A model generated the notes under the pieces. It was not told where the DNA came from, did not search any database, and worked only from the letters and a program-made list of their open reading frames with translations. DNA of 63,854 bases, counting the filler, from Aduncisulcus paluster (lineage: Eukaryota): NCBI GenBank assembly GCA_024181965.1. It is 15 parts of 15 records of this genome, joined end to end, with 100 filler letters (N's around TTAATTAATTAA, not from the genome) between each part and the next. Parts side by side here need not be neighbours in the genome. Positions count along the whole stretch, not along the records: positions 31,041 to 55,930 come from BQXS01000269.1; 14 more parts are not named here. The stretch is one strand, 5' to 3'. Below, piece after piece: positions 44,818 through 55,930 of the stretch. How positions within the stretch are numbered: the stretch's first letter is position 1; each line of letters opens with the position of its first letter. The translations under genes were made by a program, and so were the position numbers.

Positions 44818-46348
44818 TTAAAACGCTGGACGGGCAGAACGGTTAGGGTTCAGTCTCCCAATTCCTGCGGAACGTTTCTTCTTTCCCTTTTCCTGACGGA
44901 GTTTCTTTCCATGGACCCCATTGAAAGGATGTCTTCTCTTTCCAAGCCCTCCATCATATCTGGGTGTGTGTTGCTGTTGAGGTTGGGGCTGAGGTTTCTT
45001 TGAAGAGGGGACCTTAGCAATGGGTTTAACAGCCCTGGGCCGAACGGGCTCTTCCTTCTTGTCTTCCTTCTTGTCTTCCTTCTTGTCTTCCTTCTTTTCA
45101 GAGGAGGAAGAAGAAGAGGAGGAAGAAGAAGAGGAGGAAGAAGAAGAGGAGGAAGAAGAAGAGGGAAGAAGAAGAGGAAGAAGAAGAAGAGGAGGAAGAA
45201 GAAGAGGAGGAAGAAGAAGAGGAGGAAGAGCCTTCGGAGGAAGAACTCTTTGAAGAAGAGGAAGAGGAGCCTTCGGAGGAAGATGACTCGCTTTCTTCCT
45301 TATCATCCTGTTCTTTCTCAGCAGTTTGAGGCTTGTCCTCAGCTGGTTGTTCGACCTTCTCAGATGTCTCGGAAGATGATGTTCCTTCGGAGGTGCCTTC
45401 AGAACTGGAAGAAGAAGAGGAAGAAGAGGAGGAAGAGCCTTCGGAGGAAGAACTCTTTGAAGAGGAGGAAGAGGAGGAAGAGGATGATGATCCTTCAGAG
45501 GAAGAACTCTTTGAAGATGAAGATGAAGAAGAACTCTCAGATGAGGATTCAGATTCACTTTCTTCCTTATTCTCTTCTTCTTTCTCTTCTTCTTTCTCTT
45601 CTTCTTTTTCTTCCGGTTTGGCTTCTTTAACGGGTTCTTCTTCAACCTTTTTCTCGGAGGAAGAAGAAGAACTTTCAGAGGAGGAGGAACCTTCAGAAGA
45701 AGAAGAAGATCCTTCAGAAGAAGAAGAAGAACCTTCAGAAGAAGAAGAAGAACCTTCAGAAGAAGAAGAAGATCCTTCAGAAGAAGAAGAAGAACCTTCA
45801 GAAGAAGAAGAGCTTTCGGATGATGATTTTTCAACATTTCCTTCTTCTGGCTTATTGTCTTCTACAGGTTTCTGTTCAATTTCCTTTTCTGATTTAGAGG
45901 TACTAGAAGACGTTCCTTCAGATGTGGAGGAAGATGTACCCTCAGAGGTCGAAGAAGACGTTCCTTCAGATGTTGAGGAAGATGTACCCTCAGAGGTCGA
46001 GGAACTATTTGATGAACTTGATGATTCTTCTTCATCTTGCTCTTTAGTTGACCTGGCAATAATTTTAATATTTTTCTCTTCATTGGTTGAAGTGCTCGAC
46101 TCTTCTTCTTCTTCCATCTCTTCTAATTCTTTCTCTTGATCTTCTTCGCTTAATTCTTTTTCAGCAATGATATTAACTTTGTTTATCAACCCTAAAAATT
46201 CCATTATCATGTCAGTGAGTCTTTGAAGAGGAGCTCCGTCATTCTTTTTCAACTCATCAAGATCTATAGAACCTTTAATGGTGGCCTTAAGGCCCATACC
46301 ACGGATAATAGCATTAATATGGGACAAAAGATCTTTTTCTATTTCCAT
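44818..46348 (-). CDS. Nopp140/SRP40-like nucleolar phosphoprotein (frame break at about 45164 in a poly-Ser tract)
   Basis: N-terminal LisH-like DLLSHINAIIRGMGL; long acidic Ser tracts; C-terminal GKKLRQEKGKKKRS...F resembles the SRP40_C motif GKxFRxEKxKKKRGS. Confidence 0.7.
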
Positions 46349-46660
46349 ATTGCAGCAAACATCAATTGAAAGTTTTCAATCAAGCTTCATCAATGCAATA
46401 AGGATGAGACAAGATATATCAAAGCATTATTAATCATTCTCTTCCTTTTATTTTTATGATAATGTTTCATATCTAAGAGAGTGGACAACTTTTTGATAGA
46501 GATTGAAATAGAACGAAAAATGATCATTACACGTTGATTATGCTCTTATAGCGTCGTTTTTCAAATTGCAAAAACCAATTTTGTATATGATCTCAAATCT
46601 TCAGGTAGTTGCACTTAATTTGAGTTTTGGTTCTGTTCGTGAGGTAATAAGAAATTCAAT

Positions 46661-47148
46661 ATGGATCCCGTTAAGGCTAAAATTTTCACTGATGCTAAAG
46701 AAAGACTTGAAAAATCTCAAAAAGGTATGTACTGTGTTTTTTTCAAATTCATTCTTTGTCTGCTCGAATATCTGTATATTTTACTTTTTATCCTGCTCAT
46801 TTTGATATCATGTAATTATAATATTTGAAATTGAAATTTTTTCAAATAGATCGTGTAAAATTGGTTCAAAGTTATGAAGCTCTCGCTACCCAACTTGAAG
46901 AAACAAAAATGGCTAAGAGTGAGGTGGATTTATTGGAAGAAGATGATAAAATATCCCGGTTGATGGGTCCTGTCCTTATTCCTCAAACTGTTGAAGAAGC
47001 CCTTGAGTATCTGGGACATAGAATTGGTTTCATTGAAGAGGAGCTTAAAAGGACCCAAAAGAGAATTGATGATGCTGATAAAATGACAGAAACAGCTTCA
47101 ATGGAATTACAAAAGGCTCATGATGCCCTCAAAACTGGAAAGAAGTAA
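46661..47148 (+). CDS. PFDN6: Prefoldin subunit 6 (beta type), two exons (46661-46724, 46850-47148)
   Basis: RLMGPVLIPQTVEEA...RIGFIEEELKR motif; phase-1 intron 46725-46849 (GTATGT...AAATAG) gives MDPVKAKIF...SQKDRVKL. Confidence 0.85.
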
Positions 47149-47330
47149 TGTTGGCCTCCTTCTCAATCATTCCTTCAATTTTAATGCCTTTTCTGAGAGT
47201 GTATGAAGATACTATTATTTTGACATAAATTAGCTATTTATTACACCAATAATAAACATATGAAGAATTCTATTTTTAGAATAGAGCCCCAACTCAGTAC
47301 ACTTCCTACAATAGTACAATATACCATATT

Positions 47331-48512
47331 CTATAGTGTGAGAGCCTTAATGATTGCGGCAAGAGGCTCTCCAACGATAACGTGGAGTGATGGATCAGCC
47401 TGGATCCTGTGAAGTCCTTCTTCATCGTTCTCAGCAAATGAAGTGGCTATATCAACGGCAATGAGTCCTGTTTCCCCACCTACTGACTCAGATTTCATAC
47501 ACCCTAACTCTAATTCCCCATCATATAGTAAAGAGGACAAAAAAGCTCCAAATCGAGCACGTTCACACACTGTTTCCAATATAGATGCTGTTAATGAGAA
47601 TGATTTTGATGGTTCAGATGAAAAAATGTGTGAATGTTCCAATGTTATTTCATCAGAACTGAGGGATGTTTCTTTCTCTTTTGAATCATCTCTGGCCTTG
47701 TCTTTCCAACGTTTTATCAGGGTAAGGACAACACAGAAAATTTGATAAGATTCATCAAATGCGTTATTAGATAATAAACAAATTCCAACACTCAAGCCCA
47801 CAGAACTAATGGATTCAATCAAAAGTATTGATGATCAGAAATTTTATGANNNNNNNNNNNNNNNNNNNNCATCATATAGTAAAGAGGACAAAAAAGCTCC
47901 AAATCGAGCACGTTCACACACTGTTTCCAATATAGATGCTGTTAATGAGAATGATTTTGATGGTTCAGATGAAAAAATGTGTGAATGTTCCAATGTTATT
48001 TCATCAGAACTGAGGGATGTTTCTTTCTCTTTTGAATCATCTCTGGCCTTGTCTTTCCAACGTTTTATCAGGGTAAGGACAACACAGAAAATTTGATAAG
48101 ATTCATCAAATGCGTTATTAGATAATAAACAAATTCCAACACTCAAGCCCACAGAACTAATGGATTCAATTGTGTAATATGATGGTCCAAGCGATAGAGC
48201 TCCTTCAAAATATTGTCGGCACAATGTAGAATTGAACTTTTCTGCAAGGGATTGAGCAATATATTGAAAACATAAGAGTCGGTGTTGTTCACAGGTACAA
48301 CAAGAGCTGAAATGGTGTGAAATAAATGATTGAAATTGTTCAAATGATTGAGATTCTTTTAATGCGAGTGATAATGCACGAAATCCAACTAGTTTACCCG
48401 CATAAAGAGTGCAAACTCGATCTAAAAGAAAAATATTCTCTATCGTCAATCTCTTTGGTTTTTCGAGGTATTCTTTTTCTAAAGAATAAAAAGAATCATA
48501 ATGATCACTCAT
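47331..48512 (-). CDS. Helical-repeat protein, possibly SNAP (gamma-SNAP)-like; split by gap duplication
   Basis: Collapsing 47519-47819/47870-48170 gives one ORF of about 276 aa; the C-terminus SFAENDEEGL...ADPSL...IIKAL weakly recalls gamma-SNAP. Confidence 0.5.
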
Positions 48513-48831
48513 ATAGTAGATATAATATCAGAAAATAATTGAATTGATAGTACAAAAGGTGAATTTATTTTGCGACAATGTCACACTGCGACTTTTTCAA
48601 AATTCACAGTTATAATAAAAACAAGAGAAAAAATGTGAAGATTTAAAATCGTGCTTCAAGCACTTCAAGTTGAAGGCCATTTGTCAACAACAATCTTTAA
48701 AAAAATACAGAAGGAGTTAAATTTTGGTCAGATTTATAGTTTTTATCAAACAAAAAATATTAATTCAATTTAATCCAAATCAAAAATGAAAAATCTGACG
48801 GCCAATAGATTGAAAAAAAGTATTTGAACAG

Positions 48832-51800
48832 TTATGGGGCTGTGATAGACAGTTGAGATAATTTCAATCCTTCGATTGTTTCTAAACATTGAAGATATTG
48901 TTGAAAATGTTGCAGGTGAGATTTCATTGATATCCAATCAACAGATCTATCACATGAAGACGAAACAATGGTTCTGTCTTGTTTACAGCTCAGATCAGTG
49001 ACTTCATCGGATGCAGACAGTAATGACTGTTGTATTTGATGAATATATCTTGTGACAAGCTCCTTTTCTATTGCCAGAGTGTCAAAATCAATTAAATTAA
49101 GTGGAATATCAAGTTGAGCNNNNNNNNNNNNNNNNNNNNGAGATAATTTCAATCCTTCGATTGTTTCTAAACATTGAAGATATTGTTGAAAATGTTGCAG
49201 GTGAGATTTCATTGATATCCAATCAACAGATCTATCACATGAAGACGAAACAATGGTTCTGTCTTGTTTACAGCTCAGATCAGTGACTTCATCGGATGCA
49301 GACAGTAATGACTGTTGTATTTGATGAATATATCTTGTGACAAGCTCCTTTTCTATTGCCAGAGTGTCAAAATCAATTAAATTAAGTGGAATATCAAGTT
49401 GAGCTATCGACGACTGTGGCTGACTTTGATGCTGCTCTTCTTCCTTCTTCTTTTCACATGATAATAACGTCTCATCGGAACATATCGTCACTTTTTTGGG
49501 TGGTATATCGCTTTCTGGAGAGATTGCCGGAAGAACTGGAACAGATAATTGGATTGTAATAACACCATCATTCTCTGATCGTTCTGTTTGTTGACATGAA
49601 GAATCATCTTCTTCTTCTTGTTTTAAAACCGTTGGAGATGCGATGGGTTGGGGTTTAATTGAATCAGGCAATTCTGAAGAAGTCTGGATATTTGAACGAA
49701 TGTTAAGCATGAGTTCATCGGATTCTTCATCAGGAAGAATGATTTCTCTCCTATTTGCACCACATCCGAAGCAACACGTATTCTCTTTCAGTTGCTTAGC
49801 TAATTGGACAATGTCGGGATGTAATGTTCGAGAAATGGACTTCAGAGGATGCTTATTCATCTTGGTAGAAAGCGAGCAGACATCACAACACAACAGAATA
49901 AGGAATGGGGGAAGAACGACCATAAGAATGCCGGAAATGACAATATATGTATTGTATCCGATTGAATAAGGAAGAGCTTGTCCTGGTCTTTCTTCAAGAA
50001 TACACGAGGATAGAGAAAGAGTAAATGGAAGAGAGGGAGATGATACTTGGATGTTATTCCTATTCACAACAATAATCCGACGTCCATAACCACAATCACA
50101 CCCACCATTGGCCATGTTGGAGCCACTGCTGATTGTATTGGCTAATTCACGACCCTCAAAAGACATCCTTCCTTGCTCAAAAACTCCCGTGAAGAGAAGC
50201 TGTGTCAAAGGGGGTCGAACCATGAAGAACGGAAAGTTATTCTGAACAATATAGACATCAAAAAGATCATTAGCCACACTAGAGATGGACAAAGATGACG
50301 AGGAATCCTTAGAATCGACATAAAATTCATCTGATGTAAAGTCCCATGAAATAACAACATCGGTCTCATCAGAAATGATGTCATTCATGTCGAAGCTTGA
50401 GGACAAAATGCCGAGCGTCTCTTGCCCATACAAGCATAGCTGGATCTCTGATAATGATATCTCAGCATGGCCAACGTGCACCCATGTCTCTACAATCCAT
50501 TCTCCACGCATGTTCTCACCAAAGAAATCAAGGGAGGTGAGAGAGGATTCAAACGTAATGGAAGTTTGTTGTATTCTCTTTGGTACAAGCAAAGACACAG
50601 TGCCTGATGGGGAGACAACACGAATAGTGGTGTTCATTATCGAATATTCATCGCCAGAGATATCAATCCAAAGTCCCAAAAACTCAACTACGCCATCTGT
50701 GTGAAATTCAAGGTGGAATGATTCCTTGCGCAAACCGCGAACAATGATAGGAAAATCTGGATGGCCATCTGTGTCTGCACACTTCTGAAATGGTGGCATC
50801 ACAAGGGAATCCGAGGAAGTGGCAATGTTTTCAACGCATTGAAAAGCTGTCGATGCATTTAGAGCTCCAAAACCATACACAGAACTTCTCCAATATCCTC
50901 CAGAATTCAATTGCCAGTGTGAATCCGTTGAATCGATCATTTCAGCCCCATTGGCAACGCAGTGCATGGCTTCCCTCATCGTTAGAGTGGGGTGGGAAGA
51001 GAAGAGTAGGGAGAACACTCCAGAGGCAACAGGAGTGGCTGCACTGGTTCCATTAAATCCAAAGGTGTAAGTCCCATTCTTGAGAACACCAGGCATCGAG
51101 GACACATACGAATCATCAGAATGTACTTTGAACGATTGAGAAGAGTCTATAATAGAACCTCCGTGTATATCATTAGTATATACATCAAAAAGAGACAATG
51201 GTTCCTTCATATTGAAAGAATAAGAAGTGGAGGAGGCATTGGGTTGGATAGACTTTGAATTTGAAACCATGTCGAAATAATTTCCCCTCTCTCCATGAAA
51301 AGTGTCATGTAAATAATTGAATTGAATTGATATATCTTCCGTATCTACCTCTGTATATGTGCCACTAGGTGCTGATACAAAGATACAGCTACCAACGTTC
51401 CCATAAGAGGCTGCTGTGCCGAGGTGAGTGTGTGCATTGATGAACAGAGCATAAGGGAGAGACGTGGCATTCATATTGCAATGGCCACCAAAGCTGCCAT
51501 AATTTCCTGAGGCAAATACAGTCACTATTCCTTTGCCTTCGCGGCCTTTGGAGTGGAGAGTATCAAGAGAGGACTCCAAATCTTCAATGTCCTCATACAT
51601 GAGACAAGAAGATGCCGTGCAGACGTATTGAGACCATGATGAATTTGTAATATCGATGTCTGAGTAATGTATAAGAAAGGCTGAGGAGATCGTCGATGAA
51701 GTTGTATTGGAATCGATTACTCCGATATTTGAGATAATACTTTGAGGGGATATTCCAGTGAATCCAATGTCATTTGAATTCATACCACCAATTATTTCGG

Positions 51801-52152
51801 CACAACTTGTACCATGACTAAAACTAGTGCCGTCAGAATCATCAATAGTCACAGTAACATATTCTAGGGAGGGATCCACTGTAAGATCATCACAATCAAT
51901 GATCCCGCTATCAATAACAGCAATGGTTATCCCACTTCCATATATATTTTCTTCCCACAAATCACGAACCCGAACACCATAATTGTCAGATCCGAGATAC
52001 CACTGGTATTCCTCGAGAGAATCATTTAGCTTTATATTAGGGTCATTATTATATGCAAAAGAGGAAAGAATATAAGATGAGAACCAGAGAACGTGGAAAT
52101 AAATATAAAATATGTAAGGAAAGGCAATTTGAAGTGTTTTCAATGAAATCAT
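48832..52152 (-). CDS. Kexin/furin-like subtilisin (S8B) protease with P-domain, TM helix and cytosolic tail
   Basis: Catalytic IAVIDSGI, HGTSCA, FASGN (oxyanion) and GTSAATP; YGFGALNA; P-domain SPSGT...FFGENMRGEW; 48855-49119 duplicated across the gap. Confidence 0.92.
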   Translation of the reverse strand: MISLKTLQIAFPYIFYIYFHVLWFSSYILSSFAYNNDPNIKLNDSLEEYQWYLGSDNYGVRVRDLWEENIYGSGITIAVIDSGIIDCDDLTVDPSLEYVTVTIDDSDGTSFSHGTSCAEIIGGMNSNDIGFTGISPQSIISNIGVIDSNTTSSTISSAFLIHYSDIDITNSSWSQYVCTASSCLMYEDIEDLESSLDTLHSKGREGKGIVTVFASGNYGSFGGHCNMNATSLPYALFINAHTHLGTAASYGNVGSCIFVSAPSGTYTEVDTEDISIQFNYLHDTFHGERGNYFDMVSNSKSIQPNASSTSYSFNMKEPLSLFDVYTNDIHGGSIIDSSQSFKVHSDDSYVSSMPGVLKNGTYTFGFNGTSAATPVASGVFSLLFSSHPTLTMREAMHCVANGAEMIDSTDSHWQLNSGGYWRSSVYGFGALNASTAFQCVENIATSSDSLVMPPFQKCADTDGHPDFPIIVRGLRKESFHLEFHTDGVVEFLGLWIDISGDEYSIMNTTIRVVSPSGTVSLLVPKRIQQTSITFESSLTSLDFFGENMRGEWIVETWVHVGHAEISLSEIQLCLYGQETLGILSSSFDMNDIISDETDVVISWDFTSDEFYVDSKDSSSSLSISSVANDLFDVYIVQNNFPFFMVRPPLTQLLFTGVFEQGRMSFEGRELANTISSGSNMANGGCDCGYGRRIIVVNRNNIQVSSPSLPFTLSLSSCILEERPGQALPYSIGYNTYIVISGILMVVLPPFLILLCCDVCSLSTKMNKHPLKSISRTLHPDIVQLAKQLKENTCCFGCGANRREIILPDEESDELMLNIRSNIQTSSELPDSIKPQPIASPTVLKQEEEDDSSCQQTERSENDGVITIQLSVPVLPAISPESDIPPKKVTICSDETLLSCEKKKEEEQHQSQPQSSIAQLDIPLNLIDFDTLAIEKELVTRYIHQIQQSLLSASDEVTDLSCKQDRTIVSSSCDRSVDWISMKSHLQHFQQYLQCLETIEGLKLSXXXXXXXAQLDIPLNLIDFDTLAIEKELVTRYIHQIQQSLLSASDEVTDLSCKQDRTIVSSSCDRSVDWISMKSHLQHFQQYLQCLETIEGLKLSQLSITAP

Positions 52153-52471
52153 AAGATGAAAGTAAAATTAAAATATAAAACAAGACAATAATCGCTTTAA
52201 GCAACGAATATGTTGCTATCTAGCGTGAATATAATTTAAGGATGGTCGAAAACTCAATTCTCCATTTTGCGATCGATTTGATAAAAAAATTGAAAAGAAA
52301 TAAACAAGAAAACATTTAAAAGAGAATAGTTCTGGATATTTTGATATTTTTTGATGTTCAAACATGTAAGAAAACAGACATAATTTCAGTGTTGAGATCG
52401 CATTAAGATATCATTTATTTAACAAATTCCATTAATTAAATCAATACTATTATTTCTAAAAAAATTTAGTA

Positions 52472-54358
52472 TTATTCTCCTTCAACAACAGCGGCGACGC
52501 TTTCGGTGATATCCTCATAGAGCTTCTCCAATCTTCCCTCAAGAACATCTTGTCCATCACGGGGGTCCTCGAACTTCATCCTAGCAAGACGCTGAATGAC
52601 GGGACTGCAACCGGTGTAAATGTGAGCGAATCTGAGAGTTCCTCCAGGAGTATCCATGGCACCAACTTCCTCTTCTTCCTCCTCATCCTTGACTCCTTTT
52701 CTGATTAAGGCGTCATCAGCAAGCTCGTGGAAATGGAGGATGTTCTTGAGCATTCCAACAGTCTTGTAGAATGGACAGTTTCCTTCGAATTTGGGTGTGA
52801 AGGAATTCTGTTGAAGGAAACCCTCACGAAGAAGCCTGGCAGTCTCGAGGACAAGCTTGTCTCTCTCTCCGAGGTTCTCACGACCAACCAACTGGACAAT
52901 ACCCATGAGTTCGGTCTCTGTTTGGAGAAGACGTTGGGCAGCAGTACGCATCTCCATGAAACCAGGGTGATGTTTCTCGTAGTAATCCATCAGAGAAGGA
53001 AAACCTTTAGAATAACTAATTCCATAGTTCACAGCTGGGAAATGTTTACGCTGGGCCAATTTCTTGTCGAGACCCCAGAAGGTCTGCACAATGGAAAGAG
53101 TGTTGACACAAACTATATCACTGAAATCTCCACCAGGGGGGGACACGGCACCAATAATGGTGATTGATCCTTCACGGTGGGGTCCACCGAGACACTGGAC
53201 CTTACCAGCACGCTCGTAGAAGGAATGGAGACGAGCTCCAAGATGGGCAGGCATACCTTGTTCAGCGGGCATCTCAGCAAGACGACCAGAAATCTCTCTC
53301 AGAGCTTCGGCCCAACGGGAAGTACTATCGGCAATAACGGAGAAGTTTCTACCCATATCTCTGTAATACTCCGCAATGGTCACGGCAGTGTACATAGAGG
53401 CTTCACGAGCAGCAACGGGCATGTTACTAGCGTTTGCAATACAAACAGTACGCTTCATAACAGATTCTTCACGGCCATCAATCTCAACCTTGAGCTCTGG
53501 GAACTCAGTAAGGATTTCGCAAACCTCATTTCCTCTTTCTCCCACGGCGGCATAAACGACACCATCACTGTTACTATGCTTGGAAACAGCATGAGAAATA
53601 CATGTCTTTCCAACACCAAAGGCTCCAGGAATGGCTGTAGTACCTCCTTGAGGAACGGGGAATAGGGCATCAAGAACACGTTGCCCAGTGAAAAGGGGCA
53701 TATCGCTGGAAAGGGATTTGGCGACAGGACGGGGCTTTCTTACTGGCCAAATTTGAGCCATTGTATATTTATGAGTTTTTCCGGCATACTCAAGTTCGAG
53801 AACCGTATCATCAATTGTGTAATTTCCAGCCTCAGCGATGTATTTGACAGTACCAGCAGCATTGGGAGGGACCATGATAGAGTGATCTGTTAAAGAATTC
53901 TCAGGAACAACTCCAAAAATATCACCTCCTGTGAGGAGAGAATCAATGGTAATGCCATCAGCAGGAGTGAACTCCCATTCTTTGTCGCGGTTAAGGGGAG
54001 ATACATAGATACCACGAGGAATAAAAACTGAATCGGTCACAGAGGCAATTTTATCGAGAGGACGTTGGATACCATCGAAAATTGAACCCATAACACCAGG
54101 TCCAAGCTCAACAGACAGAGGAAATGATGTACGTTCGACGGGCTCACCAACCATAAGACCTCCTGTCTCTTCATATACCTGAATAGTAGCTCTATCCCTG
54201 TCCAATTGGATAATTTCTCCAACCAATTTCAAAACACCAACCCTAACTAACTCATACATTCTTGATCCTTCAAGGCCTTCTGCAACAACAACGGGCCCAG
54301 AAATCGAAAGAATCTTTCCGACTTTGGATTCTGGAACTTCAAATTCAACTCTAGACAT
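52472..54358 (-). CDS. VMA1: V-type H+-ATPase catalytic subunit A
   Basis: SGPVVVA, GERGNE, NMPVAAREAS, DSTSRWAEALREISGRL, GAVSPPGGDFSD and CPFYKT motifs; P-loop GAFGVGKT; likely ATG at 54358. Confidence 0.98.
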   Translation of the reverse strand: MSRVEFEVPESKVGKILSISGPVVVAEGLEGSRMYELVRVGVLKLVGEIIQLDRDRATIQVYEETGGLMVGEPVERTSFPLSVELGPGVMGSIFDGIQRPLDKIASVTDSVFIPRGIYVSPLNRDKEWEFTPADGITIDSLLTGGDIFGVVPENSLTDHSIMVPPNAAGTVKYIAEAGNYTIDDTVLELEYAGKTHKYTMAQIWPVRKPRPVAKSLSSDMPLFTGQRVLDALFPVPQGGTTAIPGAFGVGKTCISHAVSKHSNSDGVVYAAVGERGNEVCEILTEFPELKVEIDGREESVMKRTVCIANASNMPVAAREASMYTAVTIAEYYRDMGRNFSVIADSTSRWAEALREISGRLAEMPAEQGMPAHLGARLHSFYERAGKVQCLGGPHREGSITIIGAVSPPGGDFSDIVCVNTLSIVQTFWGLDKKLAQRKHFPAVNYGISYSKGFPSLMDYYEKHHPGFMEMRTAAQRLLQTETELMGIVQLVGRENLGERDKLVLETARLLREGFLQQNSFTPKFEGNCPFYKTVGMLKNILHFHELADDALIRKGVKDEEEEEEVGAMDTPGGTLRFAHIYTGCSPVIQRLARMKFEDPRDGQDVLEGRLEKLYEDITESVAAVVEGE

Positions 54359-54900
54359 TTTGGAATCGAGAAAAGACACGTCGATATTAACACATTCCGA
54401 TAGTGCATAGTCATCAGCATAAAATGAATAGAAATAAAGATATTGTGTTAAAACATTATTTTTTAAAAATTAAAACAGGAAAATAGTTCTATTTGACATG
54501 TTGGATAATTGGCTCATTGAGCTAAAATAGTTTACTAAAGCAAACATATTTGTAAATTACATAACTTTGTCGGCGCGGAATAAAACCTTCAATTGTATAG
54601 TTTGCGTATTTCTTCTGGATGGGTATCTAAGCGAATTGGAAAAAGTACAAAGACGTAAATTAAACAGAAATTTAAGCTAAAGAATAAATTTATCGGTGTA
54701 TCAGCACAATTATCTATTTTTGATTGGGAAAATTGAAAATCTGTTAGTGTGATTAATTCAAAGAATAAAATAGAATGATTTGGATAAAAAATTTAATCGT
54801 ATAATTTATTGGGAAAATAATGTAATAATAAATGAGTTCAGATTCCTTTAGACTTCTTCCGAATTTTTCTTTTGTTTTTTCATTATTGTTTACATTTGAT

Positions 54901-55560
54901 ATGAAAATCCTTAGTTTCGTTCTTGCTATTCTCGCCCTTGTCTGTGCTGTCAGCTGTACCAAGGGATTCGATCTCTCTTACTTCCAAGGTGATGTGTCAA
55001 AATCTTCTTTCACATGCTTGAAGAATGACGGTTATGAGTTCGCCATCTTCCAAGCTGGTCGTAGTAACAGCGCTTACAACCCTTACGCTGGTGATGATTA
55101 CAGCAGAGCCAAATCTGCTGGTATTGCCAACATTGATTTCTATCTCTTCCCTTGCCCTGAGCACGGTATTGACAAGATCAAGACCATTATTTCTAGCCTC
55201 AAGAGTGCTGGTTGTCATGCCAAGAACATGATCTGGCTCGACATTGAAGCTGCTGATGGTTGCTGGAGCTCTAGCACTTCCACCAATGTTTCCTTCGTCC
55301 AAGAGGTTGTTGACTACATCAACGGTGAATGGACTGGTTGTGGTCTCTCCACTGGTTGTACTGGTATCTATGCTAACAAGAACGAGTACACTCCTATCCT
55401 TGGTAGCTCTACTGCCTTCAAGAAACTTCAGTTGTGGTACCCTCACTACTCCTCTTCTGCTAACTTCTCTGCTTTCGGTGGTTGGACCAAATACAACATC
55501 TGGCAAAGTGCTGGAACTACAAGTGCTTGCAGTACCTCTATTGATGTGGACCAGTATTAG
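54901..55560 (+). CDS. Secreted GH25-family lysozyme (protist type)
   Basis: Signal peptide MKILSFVLAIL; GFDLSYFQG, WLDIE (DxE), LWYPHY, FGGW and terminal IDVD motifs; strongly biased codons. Confidence 0.9.
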   Translation: MKILSFVLAILALVCAVSCTKGFDLSYFQGDVSKSSFTCLKNDGYEFAIFQAGRSNSAYNPYAGDDYSRAKSAGIANIDFYLFPCPEHGIDKIKTIISSLKSAGCHAKNMIWLDIEAADGCWSSSTSTNVSFVQEVVDYINGEWTGCGLSTGCTGIYANKNEYTPILGSSTAFKKLQLWYPHYSSSANFSAFGGWTKYNIWQSAGTTSACSTSIDVDQY

Positions 55561-55858
55561 ATTTTAGTACGATTTTCGCTCGAACTACTCCTTAAGCAAT
55601 ATAATTCTCTAATTCCTTCTTCGCTCAAATTTTCTGAGTAAATTCAAAAATATGATCTTTTTCTCCTTCAATTTTTTTGTTGAGGAATAGTCTCTTGTAT
55701 TCACTTTGATCGAAACTCATTTGGATTCTTCTATTTGTTAAATATTCTGTTTCTCAATTTCAAATGGTTTATTGTGTTTTTCGATGCAGAATAACGCGTT
55801 GAGGTAGAACCAACATTTTTCGCTGTTTGTTTGTTTTTTTTGCGACAATATTGCTGAG

Positions 55859-55930
55859 ATGAAAGTCTCCATTTGTGTTTTTATTAGCCTTTTATCTATT
55901 TTAATTTGTTTTGGCTCTGTATTTTGTGAG
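55859..55930 (+). CDS. Start of a secreted protein gene (signal peptide only), truncated
   Basis: MKVSICVFISLLSILICFGSVFCE runs into the contig end. Confidence 0.45.

Noticed and set aside
45020-46139. Poly-Glu and Arg-rich ORFs on the + strand
   Set aside because: Antisense shadows of the Ser-rich minus-strand gene.
52472-54358. Possible VMA1-type intein
   Set aside because: Sequence is continuous through AAVGERGNE and of normal length.
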